IMG/VR virus record: IMGVR_UViG_3300033073_000243 | Span: 1 to 64,000 of that record | Length of the DNA: 64,000 nt | Reading direction: 5' to 3' (one strand) | From: a virus | Lineage: Duplodnaviria > Caudoviricetes | Part shown: piece by piece, positions 54,824 to 64,000 of the stretch | Position numbering within the stretch: the stretch's first letter is position 1 | How the letters are laid out: every line of letters begins with the position of its first letter | Program-made: the position numbers and the translations under genes | Notes under the pieces: model-generated | Seen by the model: the letters and a program-made list of their open reading frames with translations, nothing else | The model's database searches: none | What the model was told of the DNA's origin: nothing

Positions 54824-56303
54824 AACCTATGTAAATGCATTAGTAAGCGACAAAGGCAATCTGGGAATAGACCCAGCGGTTAGACAAAGTTTAAGAATTT
54901 TTTATCAAAGAAATATATACATTGATAGTATTGCAGATAACCCGATGTGTTCCATTATATGCGACACAGAGGATGAATGTATTCGTTCTGCTGCCGATCA
55001 AAACTTTAATTACCTAATACTAACATGGGAAGGGAATATTTTTAATATTCATCAATACCATCAAGGATGTATTGCTGCCATTAACAAAATGGAAGAGCAA
55101 ACTAATGGCGATTGGCTTGTTGCTGGTCATCTAATGGATCAGTATCAAAACAGAATTCTATACAAAGACCCCAATGCAGATCAATGGAAAGATAGCTTTT
55201 GGCTATTCCCTATCACTGCTATTATTAACATTGACAAGTGGAAAGAACTAGGATGCCCTGCTTGGGGTATCGATAGTGGCAGAGCTGTACAAAAAGTTAT
55301 TAAAGCTATACCTAGTTCAGAAACCATCCACGACAATTACACTCCATTGGAGTTATCAGCAGGTACAGAAGAAGTCGAAGTAAAAACTAAAAAAGGCTGG
55401 AACATGATTAACGCTTCGCTTAAGGCAGGTTATAAAGTCTTAAATGTCCCGGTTGAAGTTAGAAATTTACAAAACTACTTGTACCCAGAAAACGATGTAA
55501 AGCAATTCAATAACTTTTGGAATTCAGTTTATATGATGCCAAAGTTAAACGGACAATACAAAAGAGTATTGGAAAGCATCTTAACTAGTAAGAACCCGAG
55601 ACGAATAAACGACCATACTTGGCAATGCTTTATCCGAAACACAGAAGAATATTTCCCACTAAGAAATAATCTAGACTGGTCTTCTATTGATACTATCGCA
55701 TTACCTAGTAGCGGGTTTAAAGATTTTATTGTTAGCATGGGACGCGATGGCATCAAGAGAGATAATTTAAATGTTATACACTTTGACATTATCCAAGAAT
55801 GTACAGAGATCAAAAGAAAAATGATCGAACGATGGGATGGCAAGCGTAGCACATTTGAAGAAACTTTACTTGGCATTGGTGGCGAATATAGAAAGAATCC
55901 AACGGACGCATTTCACATGCATTCTATGAAATCTGTTATAGAAGCATACGAACATTTATTGCCGTTCTTTGATAGCGAAGACGCTTTGGAACAAGCTTGG
56001 CTTAAATTTAAGAGTTATAATCACGCTTACATTGCTACTGATATGTTAACAGATCCGTGGCCAGCAATCAAACTAGTACAAACTAAAAATGTTTATATCT
56101 GTCTAAGCGATATTGCAGGATGGAGAAACAACATTATTAGTTATGGTTGTAAGAACCTTAGACAAGATATCGCAACTTGTATTAAGGCATTAACAAATAA
56201 AGGTGTCGACGGATATCTTGATTATAAGGATCCTGCATCAGACTTGCAACAATGGCAGTCATTTACAGATGCAATAGCGTATTTGGAACAACCAATTACA
56301 TAA
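54816..56303 (+). CDS. Large hypothetical protein (possible transferase)
   Basis: 495-aa ORF; no confident motif. Confidence 0.7.
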   Translation: MRKTYVNALVSDKGNLGIDPAVRQSLRIFYQRNIYIDSIADNPMCSIICDTEDECIRSAADQNFNYLILTWEGNIFNIHQYHQGCIAAINKMEEQTNGDWLVAGHLMDQYQNRILYKDPNADQWKDSFWLFPITAIINIDKWKELGCPAWGIDSGRAVQKVIKAIPSSETIHDNYTPLELSAGTEEVEVKTKKGWNMINASLKAGYKVLNVPVEVRNLQNYLYPENDVKQFNNFWNSVYMMPKLNGQYKRVLESILTSKNPRRINDHTWQCFIRNTEEYFPLRNNLDWSSIDTIALPSSGFKDFIVSMGRDGIKRDNLNVIHFDIIQECTEIKRKMIERWDGKRSTFEETLLGIGGEYRKNPTDAFHMHSMKSVIEAYEHLLPFFDSEDALEQAWLKFKSYNHAYIATDMLTDPWPAIKLVQTKNVYICLSDIAGWRNNIISYGCKNLRQDIATCIKALTNKGVDGYLDYKDPASDLQQWQSFTDAIAYLEQPIT

Positions 56304-56304
56304 C

Positions 56305-56330
56305 AAAATAGGACCAATTGGTCCTATTTT
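56305..56330. terminator. Perfect 26-bp palindrome, bidirectional terminator
   Basis: AAAATAGGACCAATTGGTCCTATTTT between convergent stops. Confidence 0.8.
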
Positions 56331-57598
56331 TATTTCACTATACTTGCTAACTCTGGAAACACTGTGCTAAAATCAGTATCAGCATATTTGTCCATAAACT
56401 TGATAAACTCTACAGTGTCGTTTAACTCATTCGAGTAATCTTCAGCGTTCATGTAGTTAATGGCATAATCACCATAGCGTATAATTCTACGCTTTTGTTG
56501 CTTAACTAATTTTTCATTTTGCCATTGACTATGTTGCCATAACGACATATCAGTGTCTATTGTTTCCTTAAACGCATTCCATTCTGCTGTTAACTTTTGC
56601 TTAATATCAGCTGGTAAAACTTTAGGGTTAATTGCCTTTGGATATTGCACAATGCTAGTATGGAACAACCCGCCTGCATTGTTAACAAATCGAACAATGT
56701 CTACCAGTCTAGTTATATTGTAAATGCTAATAGTAGTTGTAAGACTCATTTCAACATTCTTTAAAGCGTGAAGCTTTTGAACATTTTCTACGATCTTACC
56801 AATGTCCCCGTTAGTTCTAAAATAACTAAATGTGTTATCATCACCGTCTATACTTACACGCAAAATGATCTTTTTAAATTTAGGCCAATGATCCAATACA
56901 CTATAATTACCAATACCTAACGCTGTTAGATTACTGTTATAGCTTAATGTAATATTAGAAGCATAAGGCTCCATTGCTTCTATCATTTCCCAATGGCGTT
57001 TCTGTTGTAATGGTTCGCCGCCTGCTACTAGCACTTCCTTTAAGTAAGGAATAGCTGTTTTGAATTGTTCAAAGCTTTCTTCTGGTAAGTTGATATGCTT
57101 CTTCTCTAAACGTCCTGCTCCCCACTTAACAAAGAACTCTTTAACTTCAGGGTCTTTAAACGCCAATACTTCCCATTGACTACTGTAAGTAGGACTACAA
57201 TGTCTGCATCTTAAATTACAAGTATTGTCAAAACGAATCTCTATGCTTTGAGGTTCATAAGGCATACTGTAATCATCTGCAACTTTGCTAACAACTTCGT
57301 CAAAGTCAATCTTATATGATTGGCTGTATGTTTCATTGCAAGTATCACGAGTACTTGCAACTCCGCTATCTTCAAAATCCCAGCAACTACGACATCCGTT
57401 TGGACGCTCACCATTTAATAGTGCGCGGCGTAATTCTTTCGTTTCATCGCTGTTCCAAATGTCTTGTAGACTTTGTTTACGATAATCACCTATGCGATCA
57501 GGATATCTCCAACAAGCGGCAACTTTGCCTTCTTGTTTAATATTCTGATGTATAAATGGCATTATACAAAATGTCTTACTTCTTTCTGTAGTCATCAA
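56330..57598 (-). CDS. Radical SAM protein 4
   Basis: FCIMPF...ACW; CNLRCRHC; AGGEP; YNSN; SIDG. Confidence 0.92.
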   Translation of the reverse strand: MMTTERSKTFCIMPFIHQNIKQEGKVAACWRYPDRIGDYRKQSLQDIWNSDETKELRRALLNGERPNGCRSCWDFEDSGVASTRDTCNETYSQSYKIDFDEVVSKVADDYSMPYEPQSIEIRFDNTCNLRCRHCSPTYSSQWEVLAFKDPEVKEFFVKWGAGRLEKKHINLPEESFEQFKTAIPYLKEVLVAGGEPLQQKRHWEMIEAMEPYASNITLSYNSNLTALGIGNYSVLDHWPKFKKIILRVSIDGDDNTFSYFRTNGDIGKIVENVQKLHALKNVEMSLTTTISIYNITRLVDIVRFVNNAGGLFHTSIVQYPKAINPKVLPADIKQKLTAEWNAFKETIDTDMSLWQHSQWQNEKLVKQQKRRIIRYGDYAINYMNAEDYSNELNDTVEFIKFMDKYADTDFSTVFPELASIVK

Positions 57599-59069
57599 AT
57601 GCCTTTGCTATGTCAGGGAATGTTTCTTCAAAACTTTCTTCGCGCAACTCGTCTAAGTCTTTTGTGTAGATTAATAACTTCTCGACATCGTTTGGTACTG
57701 GTTTGTATTTCTTGAAAATAGAAATCAACTTTTCTAACTTGACACGCATCTCTGCAATAAACCAATGCTCGTAGTCATCAAACGGCAAATGTTGGTACAT
57801 TACTTTAGTTTGACGATCTACAATGTCTAATAATTCTTTTGGTAACTGAGCTTCGTATAGCCCATTTACATTTACTTCTCTTAGTAGATCAAGACATAAC
57901 AATCTATTTCTAAACTTCAACTCGCTTACAGCAACAAGAATGTCGCAAATTGCTTTTTCTTTTATTTCCCAGGGCAACTGTATCATGGACAAATGACTTG
58001 GATATGTTAACACATTGAACTTAAACTTGCCGGCGGGCAATACTTCATTGCTCTTAGCAGTTTTATTAATGTTAACACTTGCAGCCATCCAATGTTCATT
58101 AACGCTTTCATTCTTAGCAATCCACCAATCGAACATTTCTTTAATAGAACTAACATTATATACATTCAATGTTGGATTCCAAATGACGTTAATTGTTTCG
58201 CGTCGGCTTTCTTCTAACTCTAACCATGCCGTGACTGCATTATCAACAACATCCCATTTACTAGGATTGCGAATGTATTCATTAACTTTACCTACTCCAT
58301 CAATACTTAAAGAAAGAACAATCCGCTTAAACTGCTTTAGTCTCTCTAAATACTTTTCGCCGGGAATCCAACTACAGTTAGTGAAGATATCTAGTTTAAT
58401 GTTCTTAGCTACATCGATTTCGATTAGCATATCCATTAACTTAATAAAGTCAGGATGTACCATTGGTTCACCGCCAGTGAACTTGATTTCTTCTACATTA
58501 ACAAAATCTTCCTTTTTCCAGTTAAAAGGAATGTTCATTGTTTTCTGTCCATGACTGTTAAGATACAGTTCACGCTCTTTGTGTCTACCGCTAGCAACTA
58601 ACGCATTTTCATCTTCCCACCATGTGCTAGATAAGTCAGCATTACATGTACGACATTTTAGATTACAATAATTTCCAAATGTCATTTCAAGATATTTAAT
58701 TGTAGGTTTAGTTACATCGAAGGCAGGAGCCGAATTGTTTTTATCATTGCGTAGTTTATTTTCGGATGTACGCATCGAGAAACCATTGGTTGCTTCCTCT
58801 TGATAACACTTACTGCATCCAGCAACTGTCTCATTGTTTAGTAATTTTTGTCGTATGCTTTCCCAAAGTTCGCTGTTCTGCCCTTCCGATAAAGAAGTTC
58901 CTTTAGTGATGTTGTAGTGGTCAAAGACATATTTCTTTTCTGTTTCGCTGTCTAAGTATTCTTTGTTATGGAATTCAAAACGACAGCATGGCTTCATAGC
59001 ACCGCTTGGTTTTACTTGCATGTGTACAAACGGTAATATGCAAAATGTTGTTCTTTTTTTCTCGCTCAT
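57576..59069 (-). CDS. Radical SAM protein 5
   Basis: FCILPF...PCC; CNLKCRTC; TGGEP; FTN; SIDG. Confidence 0.92.
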   Translation of the reverse strand: MSEKKRTTFCILPFVHMQVKPSGAMKPCCRFEFHNKEYLDSETEKKYVFDHYNITKGTSLSEGQNSELWESIRQKLLNNETVAGCSKCYQEEATNGFSMRTSENKLRNDKNNSAPAFDVTKPTIKYLEMTFGNYCNLKCRTCNADLSSTWWEDENALVASGRHKERELYLNSHGQKTMNIPFNWKKEDFVNVEEIKFTGGEPMVHPDFIKLMDMLIEIDVAKNIKLDIFTNCSWIPGEKYLERLKQFKRIVLSLSIDGVGKVNEYIRNPSKWDVVDNAVTAWLELEESRRETINVIWNPTLNVYNVSSIKEMFDWWIAKNESVNEHWMAASVNINKTAKSNEVLPAGKFKFNVLTYPSHLSMIQLPWEIKEKAICDILVAVSELKFRNRLLCLDLLREVNVNGLYEAQLPKELLDIVDRQTKVMYQHLPFDDYEHWFIAEMRVKLEKLISIFKKYKPVPNDVEKLLIYTKDLDELREESFEETFPDIAKAFDDYRKK

Positions 59070-60127
59070 GACTTTAAAATGTTCTCTTTGTTTAAATTCT
59101 CTGTATAATATAATGTGGTGTTTTCTTCATATCCGCATATCATTAAGCAAGTTAGAAGATTTCCATTCTCGATTGTATCATTCCATTTATCACTTATATT
59201 ATACATCTTTTCAATAGCGTAGTCTACAGTTTTGGTGTTCAAGTCAAAATCATCTAACTTATGCAATTGATTGAACTGCAATGCCCCTGAACTATCATGT
59301 GTATATGTTCCAAGATAACAACATGGAAGCAATAAGCCACTTGCTGTTAGATATACTTCCTGTCTCTCTAAACTTTTACAACTAACCTTATGCTCATTGA
59401 GCCAAGTAAACTTTTCTAAATTAACCTTGGTTATAGATATCGGTATATGTTCAAGCTTACCGACATTGGAATGCTTGTACATATCTTGTTCGGGTGGCTC
59501 CAAAGTAAAACGATGTTCACCGTCTATCATTACCTTGTGCTCGTACTTTCCCCTGAACTTTTGGGTTACTTTGATTCTGAACTTTGCACCAACTTCTTCT
59601 GCTATTCGCTTTGCTTCTTCGACTTGATGCTCATTGTGTTTGAACACAATAAAATTCCACTGAGCGGCCCCGCCTGAGCTAATGTAAGATTTTAAGTTAG
59701 CTAATACTTTGTCATACCGAACACCGATTCTATACTTGTCTAGCGTTTCGTTATCTGTGCCATCTATTGCAAAGTTGATTAGAACATTTGGATGTGCTAA
59801 CTTTGCCCACCAATCTTCACCCCTATATCCGCCATTAGTGTCAATACTAACGCTCTTACATCCGTTGTTAAGCAAATAATTAACAAACTCTGGCAAGTCT
59901 TTATTAAGGCAAGGATCTCCGTATACTCCACTAAAATAAACATGATCCATTTGGCTTGCAAACTCTGGCGTAAACAACTTGTAAAATACGTCAGGTGATA
60001 AATCGCCTTCTTGTAAATCAGGTTGAACAAAGCCAGTGGATGTGAATCTACTGCACATAGGGCAACGACTGTTGCACCTACTACTGGCTTCGACGTGGAC
60101 CATTTTAATTTTTTGTTTTTCAATCAT
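59066..60127 (-). CDS. Radical SAM protein 6 (C-terminal Twitch-like)
   Basis: CNSRCPMC; GVYGDP; DTNG; IDG; C-terminal C...LLPCC...C..IC. Confidence 0.92.
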   Translation of the reverse strand: MIEKQKIKMVHVEASSRCNSRCPMCSRFTSTGFVQPDLQEGDLSPDVFYKLFTPEFASQMDHVYFSGVYGDPCLNKDLPEFVNYLLNNGCKSVSIDTNGGYRGEDWWAKLAHPNVLINFAIDGTDNETLDKYRIGVRYDKVLANLKSYISSGGAAQWNFIVFKHNEHQVEEAKRIAEEVGAKFRIKVTQKFRGKYEHKVMIDGEHRFTLEPPEQDMYKHSNVGKLEHIPISITKVNLEKFTWLNEHKVSCKSLERQEVYLTASGLLLPCCYLGTYTHDSSGALQFNQLHKLDDFDLNTKTVDYAIEKMYNISDKWNDTIENGNLLTCLMICGYEENTTLYYTENLNKENILKS

Positions 60128-60948
60128 TTTTTAATTGTTGTCATCATTGCAAGGCCGCACTTCATTGTAACTTTATTCTTTTGAAAGTTAATACCGCTAT
60201 GTGCTTGGCAACGGTCAAATACAATTATTCCGCCACGCTTCCAGTTATACACTGCTTCTAATTCAAACCCGTCCAACCATTCACGCTTATAATGAGAAAA
60301 ATACTTATTATAAGTTTCATCATCTATTGTACGCTTATTCCAATCTACATCCCATGGCGTTCCATCTCTGTGATAACATGGCATACCACGATAGTCGCTA
60401 ATTGTGTAGAACACATTTGTTTCGTATTGCGGGCTATTCTTTGCAAAGTTTGTTCCATACATTAGGAAACGGTTCTTGAAGATTGCTGTGCCACACATAG
60501 GATGATCTTCTTCTTTGTTAGTGTGACATACCCATAATGGAATAATAAACTGCTTACCAGGAATACTATCACTGTCTTTTAGTGTATTAGGATTACCAGT
60601 ATCGATATGCAAGTTATATGGCGTTGCTGTTAATAAGAAGTTGCCTTCCCATATTGTTTCATTTTCCAATTCTGGTATAACTGATTTAAGTTTGTCAAAG
60701 AATTTGTTTTGTATTACTCTATTATCAACATTGAAGTGTAGCGTACCATTCTTCTTAACACGACGAGATTGATGCTGTCTATGCATGAAATCTTCTAGCC
60801 ATAACAATTCGTCTTCTGTAAACACATTGTCAACAGAATAACTACTGTCACTCCATGTGCTCATCCATTTTGGATGCTCGATTGGATCAACAGGTATAAA
60901 CTCTTTAACTAAATTGTCTCCGGGTACATATTCTAAATTATGTTCCAT
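60124..60948 (-). CDS. 2OG-Fe(II) oxygenase-like protein
   Basis: YNLHIDT (HxD) and IVFDRCQAHSG (distal His) motifs. Confidence 0.65.
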   Translation of the reverse strand: MEHNLEYVPGDNLVKEFIPVDPIEHPKWMSTWSDSSYSVDNVFTEDELLWLEDFMHRQHQSRRVKKNGTLHFNVDNRVIQNKFFDKLKSVIPELENETIWEGNFLLTATPYNLHIDTGNPNTLKDSDSIPGKQFIIPLWVCHTNKEEDHPMCGTAIFKNRFLMYGTNFAKNSPQYETNVFYTISDYRGMPCYHRDGTPWDVDWNKRTIDDETYNKYFSHYKREWLDGFELEAVYNWKRGGIIVFDRCQAHSGINFQKNKVTMKCGLAMMTTIKK

Positions 60949-61660
60949 CTTTAATCCCTTTCATTTTTTCGTATATCTTTTCCGCTAAAAATTCGTTCCC
61001 GTCGTGATCCAAATGATTACAATCTATTTCCGGATGCAAATCTTTACCAACTTTATATCCAAACTTCTTGGCATATTGTATAATGCCACCAAAATCAATT
61101 AGAGGCAGATTGTAGTCTTTATTAACAATCCCCTGTGGCGCTAACATGTTCACAAAATAGTGCTCAATGCCATAATGCTTTAAGAATATATGTAATGTCA
61201 ATAAATCCAAATTAATCTTTTCAGTTTCGTAGGTATCGTTATAAAACACACCATAATGAACATCTAAATAAGTTTGTACATCTTTCATAGGTACACGACA
61301 CCACGGTCCTACAATGTTAACGATATAACTTTTATTTGCAAAAAAATCTACAGCCGGTCCTTCTATTTGATGTTCTGTAACAAGTTCTAATCTACTTAAA
61401 TCTGTTATACCAAAGAATACAATAAGATTACTTGCATTTTCTAAGTTGTCTAAAATGTATTCTTTAATAACTCTAAACGATCTTGCATTAGATCCGCCCG
61501 GTGCTGCTAAGTTTACAACATTATTAGTTGGAAAATATTTGTTTCCAAGCTTCTTAACCCATGAACGCTGATTGCATTCTTCTTTTGCAAACATATCATT
61601 GGAATTTAGATAACTCCCAAATACATGACTACACCCGACTGCAACTATTGTTTTAGACAT
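60938..61660 (-). CDS. SGNH/GDSL-hydrolase-like protein 2
   Basis: VGCSHVFG, NLAAPGGSN and C-terminal NHLDHDG motifs. Confidence 0.65.
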   Translation of the reverse strand: MSKTIVAVGCSHVFGSYLNSNDMFAKEECNQRSWVKKLGNKYFPTNNVVNLAAPGGSNARSFRVIKEYILDNLENASNLIVFFGITDLSRLELVTEHQIEGPAVDFFANKSYIVNIVGPWCRVPMKDVQTYLDVHYGVFYNDTYETEKINLDLLTLHIFLKHYGIEHYFVNMLAPQGIVNKDYNLPLIDFGGIIQYAKKFGYKVGKDLHPEIDCNHLDHDGNEFLAEKIYEKMKGIKDGT

Positions 61661-63069
61661 TAGATATCCTTAAAAATATCTTTCATCTCCGGGAATGTTT
61701 CATAGAAGTTAGTGCCACGCTGTGCATCTAGTAATTCAATGTACTCTTTCATTTCTGGTAAGCGTACACTCCAGTCTTCACTCTTAGCAAAACGAACCAT
61801 GCCTCTTAAACGATCTATTCCGTAGTTAGCACCCTCGAACATTTGTTGAGTTACTTTGCCTTTATGCCATTCAGGAACACCTAACTGCCAATTCTCTTTC
61901 CACCATGGAATGAATTCTTCATACTTGGCTTCGATTTCATCCTTGAACCATGCTGGTAATATCTTAACATTGAGATGCGGCGGATGGTAAACAAAGTGAT
62001 AGTTAATGCCGCCGGCGCCAAATGGCCACATGTTTACTTTCTTAAACCCGTGTTCTAGTTTCCACTTCAAGAACTCTGGAATGTAATAAATGTTTAATGC
62101 TTGAACTGCACAAGCGATTGTAACTTCTACATTATCAGAGGTTTCTTCGTCTAACTGTCTAAATGCTTCTAAGTTTCGTTCCCACTTACTTGGATAACGA
62201 ATATAATCATTGCGTTCTCCAACTGCATCAACACTATAGTGATAACGAACAAGTTTGAAGTGTTTCCACAACTCAAACAAGTCTTCACGCCATTCTACAC
62301 CATTACTGTTATAACGAATTTCCATATCTTTGGCATAGCCGCGCTTAATACACTCTTCTAAAATCTCATAGTGTTCTTCAATGATTAGCGGTTCTCCTCC
62401 TGCAAAATACAATTGCTTCATGTTAGGGATCTGTTCCCATAACTGTTCCCAGAACTTAGGATTGTTCTTATGCCAATTGTAACTTGCCCCGTTTTCTTGT
62501 CCTTTGTTACCCCATTGCATACTGTCTTTTAAAACAGGATGTTGGACTTTTGGATACATCTTTTGCCACTCTGGAATCCATAAGCTACTGTCATGAGGGC
62601 TACACATTACACAAGCTAAATTACACTTGGTGCCAAAACGCATATCAATATAAGCAATATGAGGAGGTACGCTTCCATCTGGTTCAGTATCTGCAATTAG
62701 CTTATCTAAATCAACACGCTGACGCCAATATGCTGTTTCCCATTGACGTTTACTTTTGTGTCCTTCTCTTTCCTCTTTGTAGCATTTGATACAACTAGGT
62801 GGCTCGGAACCCGCTAACATGTGTAAGCGGTTGTTCTTCATGTAATCGTTATTCCAACTTGTTAAAAAGTCAGTGTGGTTTAGGTTAGCAGGTTTGCCGT
62901 CTGCGTTTTTGAGAACGCCAACTTCGCCGCCATAAACTTTATCGTTGGTAGGACCAACACTACTGGCATTAGCTGTACAACATACACGCATGTGTCCATT
63001 TGGTCTTGTGCTTAAATGTACCCATGGTAAGATACAAAATGTTTTGCTTGGTAAGTTATCTTCTGTCAT
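61660..63069 (-). CDS. Radical SAM protein 7
   Basis: FCILPW...VCC; CNLACVMC; AGGEP; YNSN; SVD. Confidence 0.93.
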   Translation of the reverse strand: MTEDNLPSKTFCILPWVHLSTRPNGHMRVCCTANASSVGPTNDKVYGGEVGVLKNADGKPANLNHTDFLTSWNNDYMKNNRLHMLAGSEPPSCIKCYKEEREGHKSKRQWETAYWRQRVDLDKLIADTEPDGSVPPHIAYIDMRFGTKCNLACVMCSPHDSSLWIPEWQKMYPKVQHPVLKDSMQWGNKGQENGASYNWHKNNPKFWEQLWEQIPNMKQLYFAGGEPLIIEEHYEILEECIKRGYAKDMEIRYNSNGVEWREDLFELWKHFKLVRYHYSVDAVGERNDYIRYPSKWERNLEAFRQLDEETSDNVEVTIACAVQALNIYYIPEFLKWKLEHGFKKVNMWPFGAGGINYHFVYHPPHLNVKILPAWFKDEIEAKYEEFIPWWKENWQLGVPEWHKGKVTQQMFEGANYGIDRLRGMVRFAKSEDWSVRLPEMKEYIELLDAQRGTNFYETFPEMKDIFKDI

Positions 63070-63073
63070 ATTG

Positions 63074-63826
63074 TTATTTACTGTTTATTATCTGCTTAAA
63101 ATGTTCCGTTATGAATTCAGCTAAATCTTCATGAGACTCTTGTGACCAATGATCTCCTGCCAATTGGTAACCTCTTTTCTTTATGATATTATTTACATTG
63201 ATAGTTGGTAAGGATTTTGCTTGTTCTATTAAGAAATGATATCTAGGTTCGTTTTCTAACTCTATATATCGTTCTTCTATTTCTTTTCCAAATTCAAGAA
63301 ATGTTACAGGTATATTAAGCGTTTTTAAATGCGATGTTAGCATAATTAAATCCATAAGATCCTCAACTGCCCATTGTATTGGATTGTGTGATAGTACTTT
63401 TTCTTTTAAGTAATCTTTCCATATAAAATGAGGATGTATTACTGCTACTTGAATATCAGTAAAATTACCGTTTGGATATATAAACAACTCCCTAAACACC
63501 GGAGGAACTTGAAAATATATTGCATCAATAATTTGTCCCGATGCTAATACTTCTAACAGTCTAAGCATATTTGCTCTAACTGCGCCGCCGTTCTCTGCAA
63601 GATTGTGCGTTGTTATTTCATCGGTATTCATTAATGCTGGATAAGCTAACTCTTTGTTATCCTTAATATATGCTTGTAAAAATTCATGATTCGAAAAAGC
63701 TTTTGATCTTCTGTTGTAATACGCATCTCTGTCAGGTTTATCCGTAAACTTCCACGGAAACCATTTGGCATCAGAAAGCTCGTCACCTGCTGTGAAACTG
63801 CAACCAAAGAAATAAATGTTCTTCAT
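63074..63826 (-). CDS. SGNH/GDSL-hydrolase-like protein 3
   Basis: FGCSFTAG, NLAENGG and C-terminal DHWS motifs. Confidence 0.65.
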   Translation of the reverse strand: MKNIYFFGCSFTAGDELSDAKWFPWKFTDKPDRDAYYNRRSKAFSNHEFLQAYIKDNKELAYPALMNTDEITTHNLAENGGAVRANMLRLLEVLASGQIIDAIYFQVPPVFRELFIYPNGNFTDIQVAVIHPHFIWKDYLKEKVLSHNPIQWAVEDLMDLIMLTSHLKTLNIPVTFLEFGKEIEERYIELENEPRYHFLIEQAKSLPTINVNNIIKKRGYQLAGDHWSQESHEDLAEFITEHFKQIINSK

Positions 63827-63999
63827 AAAACTTTATATCCCCCAATTGGTAGCTTTTCTAATTTCTTAACACTACACACCTCTGTACACCTATGTATGCG
63901 ATCAGTTTTGCCGGTACCATGAACATTACTGCTCCAGCTTTCTACTAAGTCATTTGAATAGAAAGAATGACTTAACACTTCAGCTACACTGTGCTTTTC
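63823..63999 (-). CDS. Partial CDS (C-terminus), probably another radical SAM/SPASM protein
   Basis: EKHSVAEVLSHSFYSNDLVESW...HRCTEVCS...KVL*; terminal CxxxC resembles the end of rSAM 6; ATGA-coupled to the next gene. Confidence 0.45.
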   Translation of the reverse strand, partial: EKHSVAEVLSHSFYSNDLVESWSSNVHGTGKTDRIHRCTEVCSVKKLEKLPIGGYKVL

Positions 64000-64000
64000 T

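Noticed and set aside
1-64000. Stop-codon reassignment (as in some large phages)
   Set aside because: Known enzymes are full length in code 11, and genes are coupled through TAA/TGA overlaps.

Overview
The window is a gene-dense, AT-rich fragment of a large T4-like (jumbo myovirus-type) phage genome in the standard genetic code. The host is probably a Gram-negative proteobacterium, inferred from sigma70 promoters, a type IV pilin-like gene and Sec/Tat signals. Five blocks are visible. (1) 1.5-16.1 kb: about 15 coupled genes, 14 of which start with an M-[KRI]-x-x-[EQD]-hydrophobic...E leader resembling the T4 capsid-targeting sequence. They encode a nucleotidyltransferase, GNAT, (p)ppGpp hydrolase, ligase-fold protein, HxGH transferase, amidoligase, GH19 hydrolase and several apparent polyproteins. 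An 813-aa protein is built of about 10 modules joined by QGVAEG-type linkers that are conserved at the DNA level, and one module starts with a hidden Tat signal. (2) 16.2-21 kb: Dps, DsbA-like protein, family B DNA polymerase and a probable sliding clamp. (3) 21.2-33.8 kb: a 7-deazaguanine DNA-modification locus (QueD/DpdL-like, DpdA/TGT-like, FolE, QueE) interleaved with a glycosyltransferase, two oxidoreductases, a cytidylyltransferase and an NDP-sugar dehydrogenase, ending in MetK. (4) 34-48 kb: RNase H, an early region of short genes each behind a near-identical sigma70 promoter, a MoxR-type AAA plus metallopeptidase/VWA pair, a mini-pilin, folA and thyA. (5) 48-64 kb: a mostly minus-strand tailoring-enzyme island with 7 complete radical SAM genes (probably an 8th at the edge), three SGNH-like proteins, 2OG-Fe(II) oxygenases, a nitroreductase and an SDR. 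No tRNA, rRNA, CRISPR array, intron or intein was recognised. All family calls come from motif recognition by eye; no database search was run.
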